Shown here piece by piece: positions 15,426-29,567 of a stretch of DNA of 64,000 nucleotides (positions are counted from its first letter, which is position 1; the number at the start of each line of letters is the position of its first letter). The notes beneath the pieces were generated by a model. It did not search any database and had not been told where the DNA came from. It saw only the letters and a list, made by a program, of their open reading frames with translations. Location: NCBI GenBank assembly GCA_964016885.1, contig OZ024741.1, positions 177,258,001 through 177,322,000 of the forward strand, read 5' to 3'. The position numbers and the translations under genes were made by a program. The stretch is from Eledone cirrhosa. Its lineage: Eukaryota.

Positions 15426-16200
15426 TCTCTTTCAACGTGTAAACTAATGTATATTTTCGAAGCTGGACACCGAAAGTTTGAACATTTAAGGAAAATAAAA
15501 ACTCCATGCAAACACGGCAATGTATTAGTCAAAAGGTTTCATACTAAGGTCCATTTATATTTTCGAGATGATACATGATGTAATAAAATGTTATGCTGGA
15601 AGTAATTAGTTGTATCTTTAATTCGCTTTGATATTATGTTATGAAAAACGTGTGTTTCCCATAAATATACATCATTTCAATTCACATAGATATATTACGA
15701 GTTATAAGGTAGTAAGTAAAGAAATGATGTTTGATTTATTTAATTTATCTACCATGTATATTGCTAAATTTTATATGCGAGCATAAAGCATTTGGTTGGA
15801 ATTTAAGTGCTTGAACTAGTTTCGTTTTGTTTGATTTATTTTTTGTGTACGGCGCGGAAGAGATGTCTGATATTCAGCACCGGTAGTTAACATTTCAATA
15901 ACGAGTTCAAATTTCTCACAGTAATTTAATCTAACAAAGCTTCTGCACACTTGATCCTAAGGTCGTGAGTTCGATTGCGCGGCAATGCACTATGTTGTGT
16001 TCTTTAGCAAAACACTTTTTTCTCGCAGTTTTATTCCATTCGTCTGAGAGGAATTGTTATTATATTAATAACGGATGGGTAATAAGGCGTGAAACATTGC
16101 ATTTGAGAGTATGTGATTTTGTACAATTTATTTAAAAGTCATTCTTACATTATTTAGTTGCAACTTAGTCTCACTAAATTTATATATATGACCTTCATAT

Positions 16201-16378
16201 AATTGTTTCTACGTTAGGCACAATGCCAGCAATTATCCAGTGCATTACTGGTACTTTATTTTATCGACCCCGTAAGGATGAAAGGCAAAGTCAACCTCGG
16301 CGGGATTTGAACTCAGATCGTAAAGGGACGTAACTATGCTGGAAAGCATGGCGTCCGACCCACTACCGATACTGCCAA
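16201..16378 (-). mobile_element. tRNA-derived SINE with Deu/Nin-like core domain
   Basis: Reverse complement contains gagttcaaatcccgccgaggttgactttgcctttcatccttacggggtcgataaaataaagtaccag; flanking direct repeat atgaccttcatataat at 16188-16203 and 16378-16393. Confidence 0.85.
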
Positions 16379-16991
16379 TGACCTTCATATAATGATAATG
16401 ATTAGCAGAGCAATTTCACAATTATAGCTATCGAACGATACTAGAAGGTATTTTATTTGGTTTACTAGCGGTTGAAGCAGTCTGATGAGTTATTCAGAGC
16501 TGAGTTATACCCTAATACCATCAATAGTCCGCAAACCCCATGCAAATTGCCATTACGCATCCAGGGGATCACTATTTATTTGCTTATTTGTGCGCAAACA
16601 TAGGCTTTAAATTTACTTCACTCTCTATTCATTTCTATATCAATCAATGCTTATCTGCTGCTTGATAATGTACCTGGCCATTCATATATATTGCTACCGG
16701 TGATGGGTTACTTGTGATATTAGCTCGATTGTCTAAGGCATCAGCGTGACTTATACTTGGGGGGCGGGTGTGTTCAAGTTACAGCACGCTATATTTTTAC
16801 AAATGTTTACCTGATCACAGATCTGTAGTGTTTTTATCTAACCAACGAATCAACCAAACAACCAATATACATATGTAAATTTAACATTTCCGGTATTTCA
16901 GTAGCAGATGAATATGTGAAATCAAAGCAAAATGGAAAACCTTTACAATCTTTTCAAAGCAATTTACAATTACATATATATATATGAAGCG

Positions 16992-17124
<133 letters not shown>

Positions 17125-19448
17125 TGTGTGTGTGTGTGTGTCTATTTATATGCATATATATTTATGTATATATATATATATATATATTGCCCTATAGAAT
17201 TATAAAGATTGATATATTTTTGAGCGGAAGTGTTATTTCGTGTGTAAGAATACGGATTTGTGTAGACATGAGGTTGTGTTTATGAAGAGGTTTAAGATTT
17301 CATTTATAAAATTTATAAAATTATTGTTTTCATATTCTTTGAATGTTTACGATCTAAAAATAATGTGATGCATAAATGAATTGCAAAGTTGTATCGACAA
17401 GAAACATTAATGATAGTTGTTGCAATATTTTGATACGTTTAGTGATATGCGAAAGAATTTAAACAACATTAACATCATCAATACTAGCAAACCATTATAG
17501 TTAACATACATTTTTATAACATAGAAAACAATTTGATTTCATGTCATTTTAATTTTTCTTTTATATCTCGCTTCTGGTAACTCTTCACTAAGTAATCATA
17601 ATAACCTGCATTATGCTAAGTCAAATGAAATGCAGATTTCTTTTCCTTCTTTTAAACGGTGCTTTCAATAAATCATAAATTCATGTTACTGAAAAAATAC
17701 ATTTCTTAGAATATGGCTTTCTTGAAAGGATGATTTTCTGTTATCAAAAGATACTATTTTAAACTGAGATGAAGTAACGATTTATTTAATAACTTGTAAT
17801 TTTATTAATCCATAAATCAGATTATTTATTTGTAACATTTGTGATAAGGTAATATTGTCCATATTTGTCTCAGGAATGACTAATGTAATTAATCTCATTG
17901 GAAATTTGACCAGGAATTAATTGAAAGATTAAGTCTTCTGGAATTATGATAGATTGTGCCAGTGATTAAAGTCACTGCTTCTGTGTTAATTGTGCAGGCC
18001 GTTCAATAAAAGGACACATTATTTGCAGACAGAAAGTTTGTCTGAGATGGAAACAAAGATAAAAGATATGTCAATGTTATTAAGATGTGAGATAGTGATT
18101 AATTCGAAGCTTCTTCACTGAAGATTTCAATCAGATGTTACCTGCTCCTTTTTGCTATTGTTGAAACCGTTGTTATTTTTGTCGTGATAGTTTCAAAGTC
18201 TAGTTATTTCATATCAAGCAGTCATATGCCATGGAAACAGTTAATTGAATACATGCTGGTCAAACATAAATTCATTAAGCCTGATCTGATATAATCCATA
18301 TATCATTTATAGATAAAAGTTTAAACTTGTTATATATGTAATTTGAACATAGAATTATAAGATTGATTACGAAATTATTTCCACAATAATGGTGTTCCCG
18401 ATACAATCCCAAAGCGTGGCATCTATAGGACGTGTTTTACCATAAGTCTCGGGTCGATCCAATATCTCGTGAATAAAATTGGGCGGATGGATACTGCGTT
18501 GAAGCCCCATGAATGAATAGCATCTCTATTTCTAGTCTTGCTGTACATTGCATCAGACTTGCGAAAGAGCATATATCAGATTGCATCAGACTTGCGTAAG
18601 AGCATATATATGAAAGAAATAATTGGCCACTTATACATAAGTGCACGTTCAGCTCATTGGAGACCCGAATATACATCATCAAATCTGACGGGGACTCCAT
18701 CATAAGATATACAGGAATTATAACTAACAGAAATATATTTAGTTTTAATAAAAGTAAATTTAATCAACCTGATGACAAACATCATTGATCTATTTATAAC
18801 AATTTGGAATATTCCACAACTCTCTTTATGTTTTTAGAGAACAGTAAGTTGTTGAAGGTGTATCCCCATTGTTTCTCGGAATGCAACACCTGTTTGATCA
18901 ATATAGTCTTCATGGCAAGATTTATGTCATTTGCATTATGAAAATCGAGGGGTAATTTTTTTATTTGAAAATAGCTACATTTTCAAGCGAAGTTTCGTAA
19001 TCTTACCATTCTGTTGATTCAGCTATTCGACATCAGAACAATATGGCATTAATGACTAAAATATATGCGTAGACTAAAGCTAAACTCATTCTACATTCGC
19101 TAATATATGACATTAAATTACATTCATAGTCAAACTAGAGCCGTGTATTTTGCGTTGGAAATGTAACATGTAAGGGACAACAAAGTTACAACGAATTGTG
19201 TCCATTGTCTTAGAAAGGACGGAAGCAACACCAAATAAAAAGGTATTCCACAGAATCATAGCAACGTGTGTGAAATACATGCAACACCATCACAAATTAA
19301 AATGAAGATTTGTCAAACTACTCACAGTTTAACCGGTTATGTCAAAATTTTACAAAAAAAAAACACGAATATTTCTAAGAAACCAGAAACGTACTAACAC
19401 ACACGTGCACGCACGTGCGCACACACACGTAGTCGCACGCACGCGCAC

Positions 19449-19517
<69 letters not shown>

Positions 19518-19779
19518 GGAACGAGTAGGACCCCGACGGCTGAGCTCAAGCCGTTTCGTCGGTCCAGAATTAGCCGTCGAAACGGCTTGAGCTCAGCCGT
19601 CGGGGTCCTACTCGTTCCTATTAACCACTCTACTAGCCTAAGTATTGAGTACTTTGGTGTGTTATGGTCCACCTCGTTCCTTACCACATTTCCTTCGCTA
19701 TATATATATGTATACCTTTTACTGTCATTTCTATAATACGAAGAGGGTGTTTAAATCCAACACGCTCCAATATTTTAAT

Positions 19780-19827
<48 letters not shown>

Positions 19828-19867
19828 GATATTAAATAAATGGAAACTATATTTATAAAACCATATT

Positions 19868-19933
19868 TATTTCATTATATATATTTCAGGGATATCATAT
19901 TAACAATATGTTATGCCTTCTTCAGACAAAATA
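19868..19933 (-). ncRNA. Type I hammerhead ribozyme (one of a tandem pair)
   Basis: Minus strand: tattttgt-CTGAAGA-agg...catatt gtt aatatg...cct-GAAA-tatata-TA-atgaaata. Confidence 0.8.
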
Positions 19934-19974
19934 GATATTAATAAATGTTAACTATCTATATATAAAGCCATATT

Positions 19975-20039
19975 TATTTTATTATATATATTTCAAGGGC
20001 GACCAAGCCAATCTTGGTACGCTTTCATCAGGTAAAATA
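19975..20039 (-). ncRNA. Type I hammerhead ribozyme (other member of the tandem pair)
   Basis: Minus strand: tattttac-CTGATGA-aagcgt accaag attgg cttggt cgccctt-GAAA-tatata-TA-ataaaata; one mismatch at the base of helix I. Confidence 0.7.
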
Positions 20040-20169
20040 CAAAATTTGTTTTATAAATATAGTTTCCATTTATTAATATCTTGGAATATTTACTCCAGTA
20101 ACTTATTGAGTGCTCTATATCAGTTATAAACATTTATGTTTGTCGGCACTCCAACAAATTAAATATAAC

Positions 20170-20236
<67 letters not shown>

Positions 20237-20605
20237 CATATATATTTCTTTTCGGTCGTTTGCAGGTATATATAGAATAAAAGGTGCATCTTCAAATATT
20301 ATTATTATTTTCTCTATATAATATCTAACGAATCCATTGTTGTTGCTATATTTATTTGTTCACTGGTTTCATTCGTAAGACAGCTGCGGCCATAATTTGG
20401 AATTTGTAATGAATCACGCTTTACTAGTTGTGTGTTTGCGGGTTCATTCACGATATACAATTTACTCAACAAGACCATTCTCATATACATTTGATTTGAT
20501 TAATTGTTTCTTCCTGAACGTTGATACTGGGGGAAGTATGAATACATTCATATAAACATACATATATATATTTATACGCCCACCCACACGCACACGCACT
20601 TACAC

Positions 20606-20674
<69 letters not shown>

Positions 20675-20767
20675 TACACACACACAGCCGGATGGCTGGA
20701 GCAGGCAAAAGAGTAAAAGACTATATGTATATATATATTGTATGTATATATATATATGTATATATAT

Positions 20768-20846
<79 letters not shown>

Positions 20847-21300
20847 ATATATATATATATGTATGTATATATATACATATATATGTATATATATATATAG
20901 AGAGATAGATAAATATACACGGGTGTGTATGATTGTGTATAGAAGATTATATTAATAAGAGGAATTCCAACTTTGTCTGATTTACTCGTTTTAATTTACA
21001 ATCCTTTGAAATTTATAATGAAATAGTATGATAGAATATTAAATTCTAAGTGTTAATTAAACAAGTAGTTTCATGCTTTCGCAATCTTCAGGTTCATAAT
21101 ATGTAATTTCAACTGCAAACTTGACTGTCACCACATATTATGAACCCGAAGATTGCGAAAGCATGAAAGTACTTGTTTAATTAACACTTAGAATTTAATA
21201 TTCGATCATACTATTTCATTATAATACCATTATAAATGTTAAAGGATTGTAAATAAAACGAGTAAATCAGACAAAGTTGGAATTCCTCTTATTAATATGT

Positions 21301-21500
21301 NNNNNNNNNNNNNNNNNNNNNNNNNNNNNNNNNNNNNNNNNNNNNNNNNNNNNNNNNNNNNNNNNNNNNNNNNNNNNNNNNNNNNNNNNNNNNNNNNNNN
21401 NNNNNNNNNNNNNNNNNNNNNNNNNNNNNNNNNNNNNNNNNNNNNNNNNNNNNNNNNNNNNNNNNNNNNNNNNNNNNNNNNNNNNNNNNNNNNNNNNNNN
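21301..21500. other. Assembly gap (200 N)
   Basis: Run of N. Confidence 1.
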
Positions 21501-21683
21501 TTGGTTTAGGCATCAGGGTTGTTTGAGCATCTCTAACCACTTCTATTTGACCCTATCCAAAGCATCAGTTGTTTTGCTATTTTTAGAAATGATGAAATAT
21601 CTTTTTCTAGGGTTTTTATAAAAAATGTTCAGTAATCATCAACATCAACATCACTTTAATTATTATTATTGTTGTTATTCTTA

Positions 21684-21875
21684 GGCGGTGTATTGGCAGT
21701 ATCGGTAGAGGGTCGGACGCCATGCTTTCCAGCAAAGTTACGTCCTTTACGATCTGAGTTCAAATCTCGCCGAGGTTGACTTTGCCTTTCATCCTTACGG
21801 GGTCGATAAAATAAAGTACCAGTAACGCACTGGGTATTTCCTGGTCTTGTGTTTAAAGTAGAAAACAATTATTAT
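21684..21875 (+). mobile_element. tRNA-derived Deu/Nin-domain SINE nested at the PLE 3' end
   Basis: ggcggtgtattggcagtatcggtagag...gagttcaaatctcgccgaggttgactttgcctttcatccttacggggtcgataaa; (att)n tail. Confidence 0.85.
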
Positions 21876-24613
21876 TTTTAATTTTCTTTAATTTTTCTCT
21901 TGATTTCACTTGGGCTGTGTAGTTTGTAGAATGGAAATATAAATATTTTCTGACCACATGTTGCTAGATGGTTACTCGGGGGTATCTGACGGACATTTGT
22001 GTCTTTCATTTTCTGTCGATGGACCCGTGCACGTTCCAATAGTGCATTTCCAGTTTGACCGACATATAGCTCTTCAAAATTCAGGCATTTAATGCAGTAA
22101 ATTAGATTGATGCTTTTGCAGTTCATATTTGCATTTAAGAATATTTTTCCAGTTTTTGTGCTCATATATTGACCAGGTGTGTATGGATTGACATGTGCCA
22201 CATCGACTATCATTGTAATTAGATACAGTGTATGATTGATCTGTGTTGTTAAAGTGAAAATTTGCCTTTGTTAGTAATTGCTTCACATTTTTTGGCTGTC
22301 TTTTACTAAGTGTCAAAGATCGGTCTGTGATTAAACCTTTTAATTAATTACTTTGAGCAATGATCGGTAGGTTTGCTTTGGGAGTGTTAAAGATATGCCG
22401 GTGACATGGGTTGTGTATCATTATAAATGGTATGACCAGTTCTTGGTTTCTTCTTCCTTTAGTTGTCCTAAGTTGTTGTATAGGTATTATTATAGCAGGT
22501 TGTATGAAATTTTCTATAAGTAGAGATGGGTATTTTTGTTTGAGCAAAAATTATCTCAGTTCTGTTAGGCGTTTGTTGCTGGTATTTGTATCTTCTACAA
22601 TGGTACAAATTCTTCTGGCTAGGCAGTATGGGATGTTGCGTTTTGTATGAGGTGGATGGCACGACTTAAAAATCAGATATTGATGGGTGTCTGTGTGTTT
22701 ATAATATATATCCGTGTTAATGGTGGTGTCGTTTTTGATTACCATTATATCTAGGAATGGTAATTTGGTACTACTCATCTCTTTTGTAAATTGGAGAGAT
22801 TGGTGTAGGTTATTCAGGAGGATATTGAACTCACCAGAGTATCTAGAGATTCTTTCAAGATGATGAAACAGTTGTCAAGGTATTTCTTCAAGACTTTTCA
22901 ATGTACTTTCTAAATTCAGTGCTATGTTTTTCCTCTATTTCTTGTTAGAGTTGTTTGTTCTAAGTATCCCATTACAGAGTTCGCGCAAATGGGAGCAAAC
23001 TTCGTTCCCATCGCTGCTGAACCTCTAATTTGGATGTAATTCTTTCCATTGAAGAAGAATGTGTTGTTTTCCCAGAATAATTCTGACTGTGTCTAATATA
23101 AATGGCACTGTGAATCTGGTGGGAATCACTTCTCTGTGTTTTTTCCACCTAGTATTTAACCGCCTTTATTCCTAAATCATATGTAATGTTGGGTGTAAAG
23201 TCTTACCACATCAAAAAATAAGTAGAGGTGAATTCGTTTCCGTGGCTTTGGGAAGATAGGACAGGAAGTCGATATCATCCCGGATGAAACTGGGTATGTG
23301 AAGACATAGTGGTTTCAAAATAATGTCAACAAAATTGCTTAGACGGTGGGGGGGGGGGGGGATGTTGGACCAGCTATATTAGGTCTAAGTTTTAAGTCTT
23401 TTGGGTGTAGTAATTTAATGTACTCACTTTTTCGTTCTTTTACTGCCAGTTGGATTTCTTTTGACTTATGAATTTTCGGTAAGCCATAGAGGTTGCTGGG
23501 TTTTGACTGAAAATTGGTCATGTAGTCTCTTTCCTTATCAGTAGGTGAGTTGTAGTATTTGGAAGCCAGGTTGTTGATCTTCTTCATGATGTTGTGGTCT
23601 ATATTTGACGGTATTTCATGGTAGAATGTTGTGTATTTCAGTTGTTCCTCAACCAAATCTTTGTAGTATTCAGCATCCATTATAACAATTGCACCCACTT
23701 TATCAGCTTGTTTAATTAGTATTGTTTTATCATTGTGTATACGTTTACGTGCAGACATTTCCGATTTGTTAATGTTTGGCCAAACATTAGTATTACGTCT
23801 AAGAGGAAATGTATACAGGATATCAATGTATTGGTCGAGATAAATGTTTCTTCCTTTTTTGGTGGAGTGAAATTTGATTTATTCTTTACTAGTGATTCAT
23901 CATTCTCATTACTTTTATCACCGAAGAATTCTACAAGTCGTAATTTACAACAGAATTCTTGGGTATCCTCCTTTAGTCCTTGGTGGTTGACTGTTGGAGT
24001 CGGTGTGAATTTCAGTCATTTTGACAGAATTTGCATTTCGTCATTGTCAAGATCTATCTCTTTTGGTAAAATAATTATTTTTAGGATCTACGTGTTCAGT
24101 TGTTTTGGGTATGTTTCCTCCTGGGGTTTTTCGTTTTCCAGTTTTTGTTGTCCTGACATTAAAAAATGGATATTTCTCTCTTCAGGTTCATATTCAGTGG
24201 TGACAGTCAAGTTTGCAATTTTCAACTGTAATAAGATGGGTAAAATATGTGCCTAATATACAGCAACCACTAACAACAACAACAACAATAAGAAGAATAA
24301 AAGTGATGTTGATGTCACTCATTACTGAAAACTTTTTATAAAACCCTAGAAAATGCTATTTTGATCGTTTCTAAAAATAGCAAAACATTTGATGCTTTGG
24401 ATAGGGTAAAATAGAAGTCGTTAGACATGTTCAACCGACCGTGACGCTTAAACCAATCAGCTTTAGTAATCTAGTGAAGCGGCACACCGATTGGTCGAAA
24501 TACAGTTTAGAAAACTTAGCATTCTGTAGCCCCTTTTTACTGTATATAAGGCACAGATTTTACGCATCTCATTACAGTCGAAAATTACAAACTTGCCTGT
24601 CACCACTGAATAA

Positions 24614-24650
24614 GGACCTGAAGATTGCGAAAGCATGAAAGTACTCGTTC
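24614..24650 (+). ncRNA. Minimal type I hammerhead ribozyme in the PLE pLTR (mutated copies at 21141-21177 + and 21059-21096 -)
   Basis: ggac-CTGAAGA-t tgc gaaa gca t-GAAA-gtac-TC-gttc; palindromic agtact helix III. Confidence 0.85.
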
Positions 24651-24742
24651 AATTAATACTTAACATTTTAAATTCTATCATACTATTTCATTATAATATC
24701 ATTATAATTTTAAAGGATTGTACATAAAACAAGTAAATCAAA

Positions 24743-25257
24743 ATTTCAAGACACTGAAAATTTTACTACCTTCCTGGTCAGTGGTAAATTCAAAAGAATC
24801 AATCACGTGACATCGAGGTTAATCAGTCAGGAGTGGGGTGTAAAAAAGACAGTAGCATAAGTATAATTCTGTATAAATATATTGGTAGGTATACTAATAC
24901 TATATAATTATCTCCAAATTATTTGTTGAGCAAACATTTGCCTGAATTACTGCTATGATTCATAGTAATATTTTAGCTACTGTCTTTTTAACACTCCACT
25001 CCTCACTGATTAAACTCGATGTCACGTGATTGATTCTTTTGAATTTGCCACTGACCGGGAAGGTAGTGAAATTTTCAGTGGCTTGAAATTTAGTCCGCGC
25101 TTGCTTCTTTTCCATTCAGTGAATTGATTTTGTTTGAGATCCCTGTGTCCGCCTATCGCCAGGGATCTTAGCAGAGAATTGACACCCTGATGAAGAAAGG
25201 AAATCTCCATGGTTTTGAACACTATGTATATCCCCTTTCAGAAACTAATTAGTTGGA

Positions 25258-25262
<5 letters not shown>
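24743..25262 (+). mobile_element. Member of a ~520-bp non-autonomous hammerhead repeat family, with an inverted terminal segment
   Basis: Homologous to 29570-30335 and 43780-44720; HHR at 25182-25260 (acacc-CTGATGA-agaaagg...cctttca-GAAA-ctaattag-TT-ggagtg). Confidence 0.8.
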
Positions 25263-25292
<30 letters not shown>

Positions 25293-25437
25293 AGATCCCG
25301 TTAAGGGTGAAAGCAGCGATTCTTGGCTTAAACTTTAATCTGTTATTTTAATATTTGCTCTACGTTTCTTATATTTTTTATATATATTTATCCTTATCGA
25401 GCTCTCTTTGGATTTTAGTCTTCAAATTTATTATTAT

Positions 25438-25483
<46 letters not shown>

Positions 25484-25699
25484 CGAAGGGGGTGTGGGAA
25501 GTAACCAGATGGACCAAAACGCACCAGACTACTCAATACTTAGGGTAGTAGAGTGGCTAATAGGAAAATGTTTGACCCCGACGGCAGAGCTCAAGCGGTT
25601 TCGACGACTAATTCTGGACGCGCCCAGAAATAACTGTCGAAACGGCTTGAGCTCTAGCGTCGGGGTCAAACAATTTCGTATATATATATTTTTTTTTTT

Positions 25700-26310
25700 T
25701 AATAAAGAAATGTAAGCCTGATAGTGGGGTTTAGAACCCTCAGAGAAATGGAAAAAGATGAGTATTGACGTACATGGGAGTCGAACCCACATCTTTGGTT
25801 ATCCAGACCACTGTGCTACCATTACACCAAAACATCACCCATCTGCTTCCATTCAAATTAGAAGCTACATTCTTAGCAAGTATGATGACAAGTAAGTATG
25901 TTTTGAAACAGTGAGTAAGTCTGAAATTAAAAAATAGAAGCTTTCACCGTATTTTTAGTCTAAAGAAATTTTAGCCTGATAGTGAAGTTTAGAACCCTCA
26001 GAGAAATGGAAAACGACTTGCTCACTGTTTCAAAACATACTTACTTGTCGTCATACTTGCTAATAATGTAACATCTAATTTGAATGGAAGGAGATGGGTA
26101 ATGTGTTAGTGTAATGGTAGCACAGTGGTCTGGTAAACCAAAGATGTGGGTTCGATTCCCTTGTACGTCAATACTCATCTTTTTCCATTTCTCTGAGGGT
26201 TCTAAACCACACTATCAGGCTAAAATTTCTTTAGTCAAAAAATACGGTGAAAGCATCTATTTTCTAATTTCAAACTTGCGCACTGTTTCAAAACATACTT
26301 ACTTGATATA
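25700..26310. mobile_element. Fold-back element with a tRNA-like segment in each arm
   Basis: 26100-26170: tagtgtaatggtagcac (A box), ctggtaa loop, gggttcgattccc (B box); inverted copy at about 25765-25837. Confidence 0.7.
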
Positions 26311-28489
26311 TATATATATATATATCTCAAGTAAGTATGTTTTGAATATATATATATATATAAAGGTAAATAAGATATAGTCAGAACATATATAAGTTTA
26401 GATGAAACCATTGAGGCAGCAAGAAATCGAGGAGAAAAAACATTAAAATATGTATGTTATAAAATCGAATAAACGTAAACACTACAGAGGCACTACAAGT
26501 AATTTTAGTCAGAACCTGTGGTCGGACACAGACATAAAGTAATGGTCATATAATTAATATAACATTGTCAGTACACTAGCAACATAAAATAGTTGTAAAA
26601 ACATTTGAAAAAATAGCTGGGAATTAAATAAAAAATAAAACTTTAACTCGAATAGTTCACTTGTAAAAATATAACAATGAGGCCAACAATGCGCACACAC
26701 GTATATACAATATACAAGAAAACAGACAAACCCGTACAGTTATATATATATACTGCTTCCTCTTTCTCTGTATCTTTACCCTCTCTAACAGTCACTGTCT
26801 CTGTTAGCCTCTTCCTCACCCTTCACTCACTCACTCTCTGTTACTACCTCTCCTCCTCCTCCTTCTTCCCGTTTGACATGTGCGTAATTCTTTTCTTTCG
26901 CAACCTTGGTCAGGCAGGTCGCTTTTTTTCTCTCTCTCGTCTACGATTTCACAGAACTTACGTTCACCGAATTCACAGACAAGATCCCTTCTTCCTCCCG
27001 TTAGACCTGTACGTAATTCCTTCCTTGCTCACATTCCAACCAGGTTTGATGGTCTTTATTCTCTCTCGTTCACGATTTCACCGAATTTATATTCATGGAA
27101 ATTTGGGACTTGACTCCTTCTTCCTCACTTTTCGCTGCTTCACCACCTTTGTTTGTTTACACTCTCGGGTCCCCTTTATTTACGTGTCCCAACGACTTTT
27201 TTTAGCCGTTGCTCGCACCAACCGGAGGTATATGGTCTTTAAAGCGATGAAATAACCAATGATGGTTGGAAGATCACTGATGAAGGACTAACTTTATTCA
27301 TATATATATATATGTATATATATTTAAATTTATATATTAGAAAGTGAGGTTTTTACAAAATGAAGGTGTTCTACACGAGTGAAAGTATGAGAAAAGAAGA
27401 TGAAATCGAAAATGCAACTGGAGTCTTCTTTTTATTTAAATATATATATATTTGGTTCCTTTACCGGTTCCGATGTGGAATTGAGATGGAGTGTCTGTGG
27501 TTTTTCTCAAATCTGTTTGGTCTTTGAATGTTACTTGTTTTATATGAAAAAAATGCCAGGTTTTTAGAGAAGTAATTTGATTGGGTGATGGGTGATGAAT
27601 AAGTATAATAAATTTCGCGCCAGTTCGCTTTACGAAGTACTTCAAACAAGGGGGGGGGGGGGGGGCTCAGGTTTTTTTTCATGTATGAGTGAAGTTTGGT
27701 TGGTTGATGCAGTCACGTGAATAAGCACATCAGCTTTCGCGCCAGTTTGTGTTTGAATTTCTGTTTACTTAAAAAAAGGGGCTCCCGAATGCTTTTTTTA
27801 AATAAATGTAATTTGATTGGTTATAAATGAAATTATGACTGTCACGTGAACAAGTAAATTATATTTCGCGCCCGTATTTGGGAATTTATGTTGTAGCCTT
27901 TTAGAGAATGTTGTGCCAAACAAAAGATAATGGTCAAGAAAAATAGGATGGGGAGAATTGTTCTGGTTCAGTGAATATGGCTGGTTCGCTGGGGTGTCAG
28001 AATTCAGAATTTCTATTGAAATAAAAAAAGTAGAGATATGTATTATTTGTGTGCTTGTGTGTGTGTGTGTAGAAAGATAATTCTATTAGTAGAAATGGGG
28101 GAGGGGGTGGTGTGTATGTGTACGGGTGTTATGTGTGTGTGTATGTGTCTGTGGGTGTATGGTTAGCATGTTAAGATGGAGAGAATATATATATTTTTTG
28201 TGTGTGTGTGTATGGTTGTTATTTATGTGTATGGGTGTTATGTGTGTGGTGTGTGTGTGTGGGAGTATGGTTAACATGTTGACATGGAGAGAATATATAT
28301 ATTTTTTTTGTGTGTGTGTAGGAAAATGATTCCGTTAGTAGAAATGGGGGAGGGAGTTATGTGTGTGGTTAGCATTTTAAGGTGTTAGAGTATTAACTTA
28401 TGTTAAGGTTTATTTAGTTCTGGTTTTTATTTTCTAAAGCAGATCCAAACAGACACATACATACAAACACACATAACACCTTCTACTAG

Positions 28490-28678
28490 CGCGGTGAATT
28501 GGCAGTATCGGTAGAGGGTCGGACGCTATGCTTTGACCCATAGAGTTACGGCATTGCCATTCTGAGTTCAAATCCCGCCGCGGTTAACTTTGCCTTTCAT
28601 CCTTACGGGGTCGATAAAATAAAGTACCAGTAATGTACTGTGTAATTGCTGGCCATGTGCAAATAGTAGAAACAATTA
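28490..28678 (+). mobile_element. tRNA-derived Deu/Nin-domain SINE
   Basis: Same head and core as the copies at 21684 and 16201. Confidence 0.85.
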
Positions 28679-28699
28679 TCTTTTGTTTTGAGTATCTAT

Positions 28700-29330
28700 G
28701 CTCTCTTCTAGCGAAGTCATCTTTGACAGGGTAGCCCCTTACTACGGCTCATTCCTAAGCAACAGCGGTTCACAGATCACCAATCTATATCTACTAGGAA
28801 AACATCTATTGATAATGCTGCTGTCTAATGTAATTAGAAAATTGCTAGATCTGATAGAATTTCATTTCCTTCTAGCCCATAAATATAAGCAAATAATCAA
28901 CCACTACACAGCCACAATAGGATTCTCTTATGACAAAAACATGAAGTCCCACATCAACAACCGCAAAAGCCTTTCGCCTTACGGATGTTCATGCAAAAGG
29001 CCAGAGACATGTTAACTTGATGAACAGTGTAACACTTCAGCGATGATATATGAAGCAGACGACACCTACATCCGCCTGACCCACCAGCTTGAAGTCTGAG
29101 AGTAAGTTCAAAAGCCGTTTCCTGAACCACGAAACAACCTCATCACATCCTGATAAAAACATACCACTCAGCTCGTGAACAATGGATGGAAGATACTTTG
29201 AAATATCCTCCCTTGCGTCAATGGAGATGCGGAATATACTCTCACAGCTGGCTTCAACGAAACTCTACTTAATAACACACCTTGTCTGCTTTAATTGCTG
29301 CCCTCATGAAGGAATATTTATTCTAAAAAT
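28700..29330 (+). mobile_element. Heavily decayed PLE C-terminal (linker/GIY-YIG) fragment
   Basis: FLLAHKYKQIINHYTATIGFSYDKNMKSHINN...GCSCKRPETC followed by IYEA...Y; parallels the same region of the ORF at 40739. Confidence 0.65.
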
Positions 29331-29567
29331 CGTTTAGAACAGATTAATTAATTTTGTTTATTTCCACTTTCCAAATTAACCACGAGGCACCCTGTGAAAT
29401 ATAGTTTTCCTATCTTGGGTTTTTGTTTCATAATTACCTCCCTTTTCACTTACATTATTTAATGAGCTTATCTATTTATAGATCATTTTGGTATTACCTG
29501 TATATGCATGTGTTGTAAATAATTTTATGTATATCTTTATATATATATATATAGAGAGAGAGAGATA

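Larger units (their letters stand above)
20950..24742 (-). mobile_element. Degenerate Penelope-like element (RT + GIY-YIG, Neptune-like) with inverted pseudo-LTRs
   Basis: Fragments IKQADKVGAIVIMD, LYGLPKIHK, LPFLDIMV...DIYYKHTDTHQYL...SCHPPHTKRNIPYCLARRI, CGTC, NLIYCIKC...YVGQTG; 24270-24460 is an inverted copy of 21501-21670; 24600-24742 matches 21125-21270 and, inverted, 20975-21100. Confidence 0.9.

Noticed and set aside
26100-26170. Functional tRNA-Thr gene
   Set aside because: Acceptor and anticodon stems are imperfect, and it is embedded in a duplicated repeat
26677-27255. 192-aa ORF
   Set aside because: Low-complexity, pyrimidine-rich, internally repetitive sequence with no recognisable motif
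27270-27300. ctgatgaagg motif as a hammerhead
   Set aside because: No GAAA/helix III half before the (TA)n tract
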